64,000 nucleotides of DNA from a virus. Its lineage: Duplodnaviria; Heunggongvirae; Uroviricota; Caudoviricetes. The stretch lies in IMG/VR virus record IMGVR_UViG_3300021256_000003, positions 64,001 to 128,000 of that record; one strand, given 5' to 3'. This document shows, in pieces, positions 51,368-63,391 of the stretch (position 1 is its first letter; the number at the start of each line of letters is the position of its first letter). A program made the translations under genes and the position numbers. The notes under the pieces are model-generated. The model was not told the DNA's origin. It did not search any database and saw nothing but the letters and a program-made list of their open reading frames with translations.

Positions 51368-51729
51368 ATTTTAGTAATTCCGTATTTAATATGATATATT
51401 GTATATAATATTATGAATACAAACGCCAAAATAAAATAAATTCCATAACTTATTGCTATTGGAATCTATGTATAATAATCAATTGTACCAAAACATACAT
51501 CGATAAGGCAATAATATAGCGGTAATCGATGAGTTATACAAAATTTTAACATAAACGAACTTACTATCATAAATATTAGTGGCAATATTGAAATACCACC
51601 AATAGTAGCTATAATTTCAGCTGAAATATTAAAATATGCAAGAATTAAATGGATAATTAAAAATCCTGCTAGAATAATAGGTAAATATTTTAATATAAGT
51701 AAATAAATTTTGTATAATGTTTTAGTCAT
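51364..51729 (-). CDS. Small multi-pass membrane protein (121 aa, code 15)
   Basis: Several hydrophobic helices. Extends through TAG 51466 to TGA 51364, which overlaps the next ATG. Confidence 0.7.
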
Positions 51730-51783
51730 TTTTTCTTTTTAATCAACTTTTTCTATTTTCCTCCGTCATCCAATATAGGTGGA

Positions 51784-52281
51784 TTATATGGACGTCTCCG
51801 TGTCAATTTTCTCGGCATACGTATTAAATATATCAGTTAGTTCTTCATTTATATTATCTTTTAATATTCTTCCAGCTTCCAAGACAGAATTTATATGTTG
51901 AGCCATAGCTTGACCAAAATCAGATAATTCAACATAAATATATACAGGATTATTATCTAATTCAGCTTTTATTTTCATTTCAGTTAAACCAGCAGCTTTG
52001 GCTATTAAAAAATCATTTTGGTTTTCAAGAGTTAACCAAATTTTATATCCATTATATGAAAATGCAATAATATCGTTAGTAATTTCAGAATTAATAAAAT
52101 CCATTGCCATATCTTTAACTTCTTCTAAAGATGGTTTATAATTGCAAATCACATGGTAACAACTATATTGCTGGTCTTCAATCTCTTTAAATCCAAAATT
52201 TATACAATAAATTTCTTTATTTGGGTTATATTTATAAAATTTTGGTGCGTTAGGGGAATATCCTATTTCTTTAGAAATCAT
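51784..52281 (-). CDS. Hypothetical protein, DUF4376-like (165 aa), translationally coupled to the DGR RT
   Basis: Intact ORF. Segment FSYNGYKIWLTLENQNDF resembles DUF4376-type phage proteins (family recognition only). ATGA overlap with the RT stop. Confidence 0.55.
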   Translation of the reverse strand: MISKEIGYSPNAPKFYKYNPNKEIYCINFGFKEIEDQQYSCYHVICNYKPSLEEVKDMAMDFINSEITNDIIAFSYNGYKIWLTLENQNDFLIAKAAGLTEMKIKAELDNNPVYIYVELSDFGQAMAQHINSVLEAGRILKDNINEELTDIFNTYAEKIDTETSI

Positions 52282-53324
52282 TGGCCAAATTGTTTGAATT
52301 TTTTAGATTTACAACTAATATATCTATAAGGCTTTGCAGGACACTATTTTATAACTCGATAGAATAAACGAGAACAATTAGCATGTTTGCACATACCATA
52401 AAAACTTCCCATTAATTCACGGCTTCTTTTCTTACTTTTAACTCTTGATAATTTACGAGCAAAAGATTTTTTAATACGTTTGCGAAGTTTAATATGAGTT
52501 GGATAAACAACATATCCAAGAAAGTCTAAACCACAAGTTAATGGAAAGATAGCTTCACTATTCTTAATCGTCAAACCTATCGATTCAATTTTTTCATGTA
52601 ACTTGTGGCGATATTCCCATAATTTTTCTTTACTATCCGAAAGAAAAACTATATCATCGCAATAACGAAAATAATATTTTACTCCTAAATAATCTTTAAA
52701 ATAGTGATCAATTAAATCAGATAAAAGTAAATTAGCTAAAGCTTGCGAAGATCGTAAACCTATACTAATACCATATCCTGTATCACTAACGGCAACAACA
52801 CACTACTTTAATATAGTATTTACTTGCCATTCTGGAAAGTATTTATCAATCAAATCAAATAAAACTTGATGAGGAATACTTTCGTAGAATTTTTTAATGT
52901 CTGCCTTATATACATACTGAGTTCCGACAGGATCTGAAGTTACTACTTTCCAAATATATGAAAGCATATCTGCAGCTCCTCTATTTTTAATAGCAGAACC
53001 AGTAGTTCTAATATATCGTTTCTCTAATCTAGCATCAATTACATTCATTACAGCACTTAATGTAATTCTACAGTAAATAGAGAAAATTTGAATATTTCTA
53101 ATTTTCGGACCTTCTTTGATTAATAAACTATAATATGATCCTAAATCAAATTCGCCCTTCTATAACTTCTAACTAACTTCTCTAGCAAATGTATCTAAAT
53201 TAGCTAATATCTGCCGACCTTGTCCAGTAAGTCTTTTTTCCGGCTTATCTAAAATATTATCGACAGCACATTTAATATTATCCAGATTTGTAATTTCTGG
53301 CATTAGATTGCCTATTTTTTTCAC
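52278..53324 (-). CDS. DGR reverse transcriptase (348 aa, GTG start, code 15)
   Basis: Begins (V/M)KKIGNLMPEI. Motifs KADIKKFYESI, GISIGLRSSQ (DGR-type GxxxSQ), RYCDD at 52653-52667 and DFLGY. In-frame TAGs at 53169, 53160, 52803 and 52344. TGA at 52278. Confidence 0.93.
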
Positions 53325-53507
53325 AGGCTACAAATTTTCATAAGGCTTTTACCCAGCCATATTCCTTTACACAGTACTAATCGCTATTGGTAATTGCCTT
53401 TTTGTTTTTTGGATCAATTAATAATATATTAATCGAAATCCAAGGTCCTTCGATGCTAGAACAATTAATTTAAAACTAATTATTCTATAAATTTATATTG
53501 CTTATTA

Positions 53508-53614
53508 ACAACTGAGAACCGTTGTTCGCATTGACGTTGGCTGAACCATTGTTCAGGTTCACATAAGCGACTCTGCCATTGGCATTGCCGTTGTTACTGG
53601 AACGACTAAGGCAA
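53508..53614 (-). repeat. DGR template repeat (TR), 107 bp
   Basis: Aligns without gaps to 53864-53970. All 22 mismatches are at TR adenines on the sense strand. Rich in AAC/AAT codons. Confidence 0.95.
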
Positions 53615-53720
53615 ACTATTGTCTCGTTTTTGCTTCGAAGCAACCTATTAGGAATATAATTCCCTAACATACCAATAGTATATATACTTGGCGACTGGTC
53701 CAAACATTTATTAATAATAA

Positions 53721-53782
53721 GTTTAAGAAAGGTAGAGAAGACTCATTTTTTATGGAATCTTCTCTACCAAAAAATCTTAAAC
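53721..53782. other. Stem-loop/cruciform downstream of VR (candidate DGR homing element and/or terminator)
   Basis: ggtagagaaga (53731-53741) pairs with tcttctctacc (53758-53768), flanked by gtttaaga/tcttaaac. Confidence 0.6.
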
Positions 53783-53807
53783 GTCGATCTATTTTAATTA
53801 TGATATA

Positions 53808-56800
53808 TTAAGCATCTAAAAACGCTGATAACGATTCAGCCACTTCAATGTTACCTGAGAAGGACAACCGAGAACCGCAGGCCGCACTGACGCTGGCCGA
53901 ACCATAGGTCAGGGACACATAAGCGACCCCGCCACAGGCATAGCCGTAGGCACCGGAACGACCAAGGCAACGGTTAGCTGACTCAGCATAATAATGTCCG
54001 TCTCCATAAGAATCAGCATAAGCCGTTTCCTTACTATACACACCCAAAGTATCAGCATACCTGCCTCCTCTCATAAGTGCAATAGTGCCTCCAGACGTAC
54101 CCTGAAGACGATTATAAAATCTTCTAATAACTTTATTTTGTGCTTCAGCAAGTAAATCAGGATTTGGAGTATCCGAACCTTCAATATTAAGTCCGCCATG
54201 AGGTTTTGTAAGCTACATAAGATAATTAACGGTTCCTAAATTCCACCAACTATTACCTATAACTTCCCACTTATCTCCTTGGAAATTATCATATCCCATT
54301 ACATTCGTACTATTTACTGTGCCTCCCCAAGTTCCATCAAGTTTATAATAACCAGCAATCTTTGGTCCGTTACCATTACTGAAACTAGTAGAAGTATTAG
54401 TATCATTCTTGTAATTAACATACCAATTCTCTGAAGTAGCATTCTAAGTATAGTCGGCATCTTTTTTATGTCCAGCAGTATCACGCATTCCAAGAAAATC
54501 AGTTAATCCCGTGATTTTTTGATAATCATGAGTTCCTGTACCACATTGCCATTGGCTATTTCTACATCCATATTTGGCATAATATAGATTTGCTACATCT
54601 TTCGATTGCTCATAAGAAAATGCGTGGAAACTTCCACCATTTTCATTGCTAGCACCTCTACGATAGCAGTTTTCTTGCATTATTCCGAAGTTAGTATAAG
54701 CTGTTGCAGCATTACTTCTAGAAAAATATGCAATCTGTCCTAAACTATTTGTACCGCTTGATGCTTCATATACTCCACCTAGACTTTCTTTATGGAATAC
54801 CCAGAAAGGCTCCCAATCTACTGGATTATTACTATTTGTCATCCAAATATAATTCCATAGATAAGTATCATCAAATCCTCCTGCACTTTGTGTATCCCAA
54901 AGTGATGAAGGGATTGTCACATATAAGTATTTGTACTTATTTTTATTATGATAAAGGAATGGTGAATATAAGGTATAACCACGACTTTGAGCATCTAATG
55001 TAGAAACAAGCGATGTATATCTTACAATATTATTAGAATCAACAATAGCAAGACATGTTACATTTTCAACCCAATATGCAGGGAATTGAATATGATCATA
55101 TTCAGAAATGTCAATACGAATAGTATTATATGCGCTATTTTGTAGTAGAGACACATCTCTGCGATTCAAATTATTAATAGTAGTATTACTTGCAATATAA
55201 TAATTAGGTACATATAATATACTTTCGGAAGAATTTGCTAAATTACCATATTCTACTGAAATTAGATCTTCTAATTTAATTAACTATCCTTTTGCAGCAA
55301 TTTTTTCAGGAATAGTTCCATCAACTGTAGGTAATTCATCTGATTTATCATTAGTACTGAAGAAGATATAACGAACGCCATTTTGATAGTCATTTACTCC
55401 TTTATAATAGTATTCTGGCTCTTTTATCCAGACATCATATACAGGTCTTGCAGAATCACTACCTCCACGAATATAAGATTGTGCAGAATTATCTTCGCCG
55501 TTTAAGAAGTTGTTTCTATTATTATCATCAAGTTGTAATAGAATTTCAGTATCAGTCGAAGCCTTATACTTACCTATATATGCATGTCGTTTATTTAATA
55601 TAATACCAATATGACCACTTGGTTTATAGTCTGGAAGTCCAGATCCATATCCAGTGTTGTTGTCAAGATTAGTAATATTATACATATCATTAATCCAGTT
55701 GGCAAAATTTCCTTCGTTGTCTAATGTATATTCAGTAAATTTAATACCAGTATAATCTGGAATATTTACAGACTAATTAGTTAATTGCTTGATCCAACTA
55801 AATAGTTCTGAATCTTCAGACATATAAGTTATTTCGTCAAAAACTTGTAAATATTTAAAGCTATTGATTGTTATAACAAAGTCATCTTTACTAATATTAT
55901 GATTAAATTCCCAATTAGAATTTTTTGCTAAAACTGCTCTGATTAAGTCTAATTGATGACCATCACCATTATAATTATCAATATCTAAAGATTTAGGATA
56001 TAAATTATTCTCAGCATCAAAAATACAGAATCTTTCAAGGAAGTAATCAATATCAATACCTGGAGAGTTCTTAATTGTAATCTAAGCAATTGAATTAGTA
56101 TTACCATTTTTAGAACCAAATTTATATCCTGTCGGTCCGTAGAATTGGATTGTATTAGGATGATCTCTATCGAATATTAATGACGTACAAGAATCAATTG
56201 TAATACCTTGAGTTGGATATGGAATCTTTAATTCAGTTAAATTAGCAGAAGAAATGGTTGAAATTGATGTAATAGAATTTTGACTATCAATATTCAAATC
56301 TTCCATATATTGAGCTGTAGCTAAATTTATCTGATTCCATTGACAAGTAATAGAACTATTAGATGGATTAGTAATATGGAAATGTTTTAGTCCTATCAAA
56401 TGAGTTCTTGGTGAACCCTCTAGATTCATAATATTTCCAGTACTAGAAACCCCCATTGTACTCAGATCGAAAGTAATTGTTTCTAACTTAGATAATGCAG
56501 TTGTATCAAACGAATCACCAATTTCAATGACTGCTTCTGTCGGGAAATTAAATTCATGACTATTAGTATTTGGACTAAATACTAAAGCGGACATATTCTC
56601 TATTCCAGAAAATATAGTAGCTTCAGCACTCGACGCATCACTTACCCAAGATGTAGTACCTGTTTTAGTACCTACAGAGCTTAATTGACCATTAACCCAA
56701 CATTTATCTGCTAGAATACCATAAGCACTAAATCTTCCAGGAAGACTTGTCTTACTAAATCTGAATCCACACATATCCGATTGTTCAGAACCATATTTAC

Positions 56801-59800
56801 CATATAGGTACGAATAACATTTATCAATAAGAGTATTTCTAAATAGGTATGCTGTACCTTGAATATTATCGATAAATGAAGTAGTAAATGTATTTGTATT
56901 AGCATTTCTTAATGAATAAGACCATTCAGTAATAGGTAATAGATACTTTAATTCTTGGTCTTTATTGTAGATAATATCTGGCCAGTTATTAGCGATTTGA
57001 TTATATCTATTTTTCCAAGCGTTTTTAGATTTATTGGTTAATAGAACACTAGCAGCTCCGACTAAAGTTGCAGGAATTTCTCCGTTATCAACAATTTGTC
57101 CATATGCGCCATAAAGGGTATCGCGAACAAGTTTCCATAAACAATTAGAATGACCTGCAAAATTAGGATTTCCTGTATTATCAAGAGTTTGTTCTGTAGA
57201 AGTATAAGGAATAGTAAAATTACCCTCATTATCCAATGACTTACCGTTATTATTTACACCTAAAACAGTATCGCTGTCATAAGGTATAAAATTCCAGTGA
57301 GCATATTCAATACCATTTTCACTATTACTTAATAAGTTAGTAGTGTTTAATGCATTTGCTTTTTCAGTTTCAGTCGCACGAAGTTGAACATCCCAAGTTG
57401 CTAAAGTGCAGTTCTTAGTTCTTTGGTCAAGAGCTAAATAAATTTCAGTATAAATATACCACAAACACAAGTTCTTAACATTGAAGTGTTTAGAAACTGT
57501 ATTTAGAAATTCATTTGACTAATAGATCTTACTTGCAGTAACTGGTCTTGAATCAGAACCATAATTTAGTTCGTCAGTACTCTTTGGCCAGTATAATTCA
57601 CCTGCGTAAATACCTCCTTCGTAGATAAATCCGCCGACAGTAGAATTCCAGGTAATAGTCTATACAGCAACATTATTTTCATAATGTGAATACTTAGTAT
57701 TATTAGTATTTGGAACTACAGTCCAATAACCTGTGTATAAAGCATTTCTCCAAGATTCAATGTCAGTTTTCCATCCTTTAAATCCACAAAGAACGTAGTC
57801 ATAATTCATAATTTTAGAATCCCAATATCTAAATCCAGGAGTTGTTGTGAAACTCACCCAAATATATTGACAAAGTTCTGCCCATTGTTGTGCAATATCG
57901 TCTGCCATAGTAACATCATGTCCAGATTTACCTTTCTCAATATTTTCTTCACAAGTATCAATTAAATCAGTTAAAGTTTCACCATCTGCATAATCAAGAA
58001 CTTCTTCTAAAGTATTTCCATCCCAAACTGGTACATTATAATTTCTAACTTCCCAACATAATTCAGTTGATGAATCACCATCACCTGAAGCTTCTTTGGG
58101 ATTAGCTGGATCAGAAGAATCATTATGGGTATTTACTAAGGTACTATCAAAGTAGTCTTTCACCATTTGTACAGTCCAACCAGTTCCTGTATTGTTATTA
58201 AGATTCCAATTAAGCTTATAATCTCCAGGATAAGAAATATCATACTATGAAGTACTACCTTTTAATATTTCCGGAATCCAGTTTGTCCACAAAAGACGAT
58301 TAGTACCAACTTCAATACAAAGATTAGGCACAGTGTGATCATAATATGATAAACCACCTTCTTGTGGTGTAAATTCGTATAATCCGAATAGATCGCCAGA
58401 ACTTTTCTTATCTTGGTTTAACATATATTTACCAAGATAGTTAGGAGTATTTTCTGTATAATATAACTTTTGTAATTGGTCTTGCCAATAATAATATCCG
58501 TCTCCATTCGCAGTTCTACCAGGAGTTTCTGGGTTAGTATTTATCCAGAAAACATCAATAGGAAGTCCTTCAATACCAGATTGATAACTAGTTTCATTTC
58601 CATCTGAATCCTTAATACTATGTGAAGGAGGAGCAAAGTCCTTATAAGTATCATACATAGAATTAAGAGCAGAACAAGTGCCAGTATTATGAGTTTGAGA
58701 ACTATCCACAAAGTCTGCTTTTAAACAGAATACCTTGGAATCTCCAGCTTCAGTTAAAGCAAATCCGCTATGGACTTTGATACCACTATTACTATTAGCT
58801 ATTTTAACAACAGCTGCTCCTTCGGGAACTGAGAAAGTCTCTTCGGTTTCTGTACCTTCATTAATAGTTACTAAATGAGTTGAAGGGTCAAATTGTAAAG
58901 TAGATATTGATGTTCCTTTCTTATATTCTCCAGCAAGTTGTACTTTATCTACAGCATTTAGAACTTCACATACAAATGCTCTTGATAAGACAACATAATA
59001 AGTTAAACCATTGTAAATAAATGATATATCTGTAGTCAATTTTCTGTTATTATTTGTAGTAGAAGTGAATTCAGATGCATTCACTTGAAATTCAATAACA
59101 TCATTAGACGCTTCGGAACCTAATACTGAAGCATAAGTAATATGGTTAAAACTAAATGTTAAAATACCATTATTATATGCCATGTAATCCGGATATAATA
59201 CACAATTAGTTGGATATTTATAAATATTTTTAGACTTTTTATAAACAGGATACCAAGTCATTGTATTATCGGTATATCCGATATCACCTACTGTAGGAGA
59301 AGATGACCTTTTTCCCTACGATTTCATCTTCATATACCAACGAATATTATGTATTGGATATACACGAGATGATGTTCCTTGAATTTGGTCTTCGGGATAT
59401 AAAGAAAGAATGTTTTTACTAAATCGATTATTAGTATTTAATGAGATATTTCCGTTCTCATCTGTAATCATATCTTTTGTTACATATGATTCACGCCCAG
59501 GAAATAATGCATGGTACTTTGCAACGATAGCATCCTTTTTCTACAGACTATTGTTAAAAGCACGCATATCACCATCAATTAGTAATACAGCATGATCAGT
59601 ATTATAACTAGTAAAATTAATATTAGGAGTATCAATGGTTTCAAGTAAGTTATTTCTTGCAATTTTATTACCAATTGTTTCGCTTGAACCATAAGCAGTA
59701 TTACTTAGTCCTAAAACTTGATCAGAAGTAAGAGCTTGATCATAGGCTCTCACGAATGCAATATTAATATTTGTAGAACTACTAGAGAAATTAATATCGG

Positions 59801-62114
59801 AATTATAATTGAATGCTCCATTCATCATAGTCTTTGATGAACTTCTAGTACCATCTATATAAATATGGAAGTAAACATCATTAGTATATAAAGAACGGCC
59901 TGCTTTCTTACTATAGAATACGGTATTGCCATTTGTCCATTCTCTACTACCATTTACTCCTTCACCTTCCATCACAACAACAATATGTACCCAACGACCA
60001 TAACTGATAGGTGCAGCAGCAAATCCTTTAGAAGATTGGTCAAATTGATATCCAACCTTAACACGATCAGGAGAAATTGCAAAAACATTTACCCCGTTGT
60101 AATTTGCTGTAATACAATCTAAAGAAGTATCCAAACAATTATTAAATTGTACAAGCATTTCAATACTTCTTCCTAATTGATTATGATTACCAAAAATTCC
60201 TGGAAGAGTTAATGCAGCACCATTAGATAATTGTAAATAAGCAGGCTATCCACTTGCTGGGTTTGCAGGATACCATCCTGAACCTACTAATGAATATACT
60301 ACATTAGTAAGCACACCAATTCTATTCGTTCCGGCAGTAGCATCTGCATAAATATTCACCCAATGATTTCTATCTGTTTGGTTATTTGACTTATATTTAG
60401 CATTATATTCATATGAAGGATTTGAACCTATAGGAATTACTCCCGAAACTTCTGATATACCTAATTGAATACGTTTATTATAAACTTCTTCATCGATAGT
60501 AATATAACTATTTGTATCAGAAAAGTTAATAACGTTATTTACCGTTCCTTCTCTTCCTACTACGTTAATTACATCTTTCGATACTTCTGTAGTTCCATCT
60601 AAGGCATTAAATGTAATAGGTATCGTAGTTGACGGAGCATTGAATGTTTTATAGTTAAATGAAATTGTACTATACTATGTTACGTGTAAAGTAGGTTCAT
60701 AGGTATAGCTAGAGAATGCTGTTACTTCTTCACCAGAATCTGAATATTGTACACAAATTGCGGAACCGACAACATTACCAACAGGTAATTCAATATACAA
60801 ATAATTAGAGGTGATTCCACTTAATTCAGATATAATTACAAATCTATTTATAGTATCTTGAACACATTCCGTTTTGTAAATAGTTAAGGTAGTATTATTA
60901 TTAATACGTTGGCCAACTACTTTAGAATTTCTAGCAGTTAAATTATATAGAGTTGTAATGATACCAGAAACATTAGCTTGTTCACCAGTAATGGTTAATT
61001 GTGCTCGTGATGGAGAAGTACTGCTCCAGTTAATTCCAGAAGTTGTTCCGTAAGAAGTAATATTACTTACCCAACTTAAAGATAATTGAATTAACTAAGA
61101 TTCGTGAGTATTTGTTGCAGTTGAAGTAACTTCAAAGTCTGCATTATTACCATCTTCAGACCATCCAGTCTCAAGAGTTCCGACAACTTTTACGTTATTT
61201 CTATCACCGAAATCCATAACTAGTGGAGTACCAATAGCTCGTGCTTGCGATTCTTCTATAGGAAGTTCTATAACACGAGTATCAAAAGGTTCAGAGGAAT
61301 TATTAGTATAGAATCTAAAAGTTAAAGTGGACCCACCAATATTAAACTCTGAAGCTCTATCCGCAGCATTAATTAAAGTAACGCCACATTGATAATTCAA
61401 ATAAATGGTACTTTTCTTATTAATATTACTAGTATGAGTTAAATTTCTTGCTTCGTTTGACAAGGCAAACGTTAAAGTAGGATAAATAATTTGTTTACTA
61501 GCAACACCAACAATCGGGTGAGCTGGAGTATAATAATATTGATTTTGGTTATTAACGAGTCTTAAAGCAATCTAACCATAAGACAACGTTGTCATATTTG
61601 TAGGTTCACTGTCAACCCATACTCCAATAGATTCAGCTTGACTTGGTACTGAAGTAGTAAAATTATATTCTTTGATATATTGATTCCAAAACTCCGATGC
61701 TGATACAGTTTTTGTTGGATCGACACCAGTAGTCTTTGATAAAATATCCTATTGGATTTTTAATAATTCTCCAGTTAAGTTAATTGCATTGTTATCATTC
61801 GCATCCGGTGATAATAACCCTTCAGTTGGATTTGTTGGATCCGATGCAGCTGCAATTCTTATACCACTAATCTAGTTTTTTAGTTTTTCTTGTAAATATG
61901 CCTCAATAAGTTCACCACTCATCTAATAGGTAGTATCATTTGTATAACCAGTATCAGGAATTGAGTAGTCCCAAGGTAAAGACGAGACAAAACTTAAATC
62001 TGTAAGAGCGATTTCTTCTCCATGATATATGATACTCAAACAAGCAACACCATTTAGTGTAAATGTTCTTTGAGTTCCGTCGCTAGGACCAAGTGTTAAT
62101 ATATTTTTCGCCAT
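53808..62114 (-). CDS. Giant tail fibre / receptor-binding protein, DGR target (2768 aa): LamG-like, CotH-kinase-like and C-terminal C-type-lectin-fold domains (code 15)
   Basis: ATG at 62112-62114. Nine track fragments (61923, 61095, 59541, 58245, 57660, 56082, 55284, 54444, 53808) share one frame, and only the last ends at TAA. LamG-like WVHIVVV...IYIDG...RAYDQAL. CotH-like QGTSS, LKADF..SS..HNTG, DQRTKN and YDSDT. CLec/FGE-like GYDNFQGDKWE...RLSF. Confidence 0.87.
53864..53970 (-). repeat. DGR variable region (VR) at the 3' end of the tail-fibre gene
   Basis: Encodes CLGRSGAYGYACGGVAYVSLTYGSASVSAACGSRL, versus CLSRSSNNGNANGRVAYVNLNNGSANVNANNGSQL for TR. Confidence 0.95.
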
Positions 62115-62117
62115 AAA

Positions 62118-62294
62118 TTAATTATTTTTCCATCCATCAGTAGATTTCCAACATTTATCTTTAGCCCATCTACCATTTCCAAAACAACTTCTGATTGCCT
62201 ACCAAACTAATTGAGAGGCAGTATGAGCATAGGACATGGCCTATTTAGCGAAATAAATTCCACTAATTTCTACAGAATTTATACGTATAGCCAT
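62118..62294 (-). CDS. Small tail-fibre-associated protein (58 aa, code 15)
   Basis: MAIRINSVEISGIYFAKQAMSYAHTASQLVWQAIRSCFGNGRWAKDKCWKSTDGWKNN. TAATG overlap upstream, and TAA 3 nt before the next ATG. Confidence 0.7.
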
Positions 62295-63391
62295 TATTCA
62301 GTTGTAAAATATATTAATGAATTATCTACAGTATTATTAGCATCTAAAGTTTCGTACTCTGATTCGCTCATTACTTGTATTAAATTAACCCAAGTATAAC
62401 CAGAAGTAGTTCCTGACCAAACTAATTTTTTGATTCCTAAATCTACTCCATCGGAAGTTGAAATAGAAGTATTATTCATTAATGATACTGGAGCAGCAGT
62501 AATACAATAAATAGTACTACTTTGTGCAGTTTCATTTCCAGGCATCATAACAACTACATAACCTATATTTCCAATACTTCCATAGAATACCCAAGTTATA
62601 TTAGAATTAGTTGTATAACTATGTAACTATTGGATTCGTTCTTTAAGGCTATCCCAACTAGCAACATTATTTAAAATAGTAGGTGTAGAAGTAGTATTAT
62701 CAAGAAATTCATAGTTACTGATTCTATCTGAACCCTCTCCACTTGCTAAATTATTTAAATTGACAGTTGAAAGTTTTATGATTTGCGCAAGACTGGAGAT
62801 ATTTCCTTCAATAGCAGATTGATCTGCTTCAATCTATGCAACGTCTGATTTGTAAGCAACAGTACGTTCAATTTCCTCAACATCGTCGTGTGCGGGAACA
62901 CCAAACACAGCTTCTTCTAACTAAGTAATTTTATTTTCATGCTGTGAACTTGTTCCAGATAATGTAGCTAATGTACTACTTGTTTGACTTTGAAAATTAG
63001 ACAAATTAGTATTTATAATTCCAATTTGTGTATCAAAAGTAGAAGCTGTAACATATCCTGTTAAGTCGATATCTTCTCCAAGACTATCTACATGAGAACC
63101 TGTTGACCAAGTACCCTCTTGAAGACATAAATATTGAGTAAATCCATTTATCTCATAAACTACTGGATCTCCCTAGATTTCTGTATAATCTACAACATAA
63201 GCATATTGACCTACTAGAGGATGAGGTACAGTTTGAGTTAATAAGCTATAATTCTAAAAAATACCTTTACATACGCTCATGCTGTTTGCAATACTAGTAA
63301 CTTCCTGATTTAATGTAGTAAAATTACTATTTAATTTGCTAGCAATGTCATTCCAGTTGCTATTTATTGGAATATTATTTAATGTAATCAT
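62294..63391 (-). CDS. Tail fibre-like protein with coiled coil (365 aa, code 15)
   Basis: ATG at 63389-63391 (ATGA overlap). Segment PHPLVGQYAYVV. Includes track fragment 62294..62548. TAA at 62294. Confidence 0.6.

Larger units (their letters stand above)
52278..62114 (-). mobile_element. Diversity-generating retroelement cassette: target gene (VR) - hairpin - TR - RT
   Basis: TR/VR pair with adenine-specific differences next to a DGR-type RT. Confidence 0.92.

Noticed and set aside
53339-53360. ATG starts for the RT at 53360 or 53341
   Set aside because: ATG 53360 meets an in-frame TAA after three codons, and ATG 53341 is out of frame and stops quickly. GTG at 53324 gives the typical MKxIGNL start.
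53485-53703. 72-aa ORF MDQSPS...NNGNANG... as a protein gene or second DGR target
   Set aside because: It is the in-frame translation of TR (Asn-rich AAY codons). TR functions as RNA, and the ORF is too short and lacks Avd-like features.
286-62399. Plus-strand ORFs in the track (e.g. 4917..5351, 20898..21197, 31810..32079, 37460..37744, 54728..55003)
   Set aside because: All are short antisense shadows of long minus-strand genes with no recognisable motifs. 31810..32079 simply mirrors the Gly/Ala hairpin.
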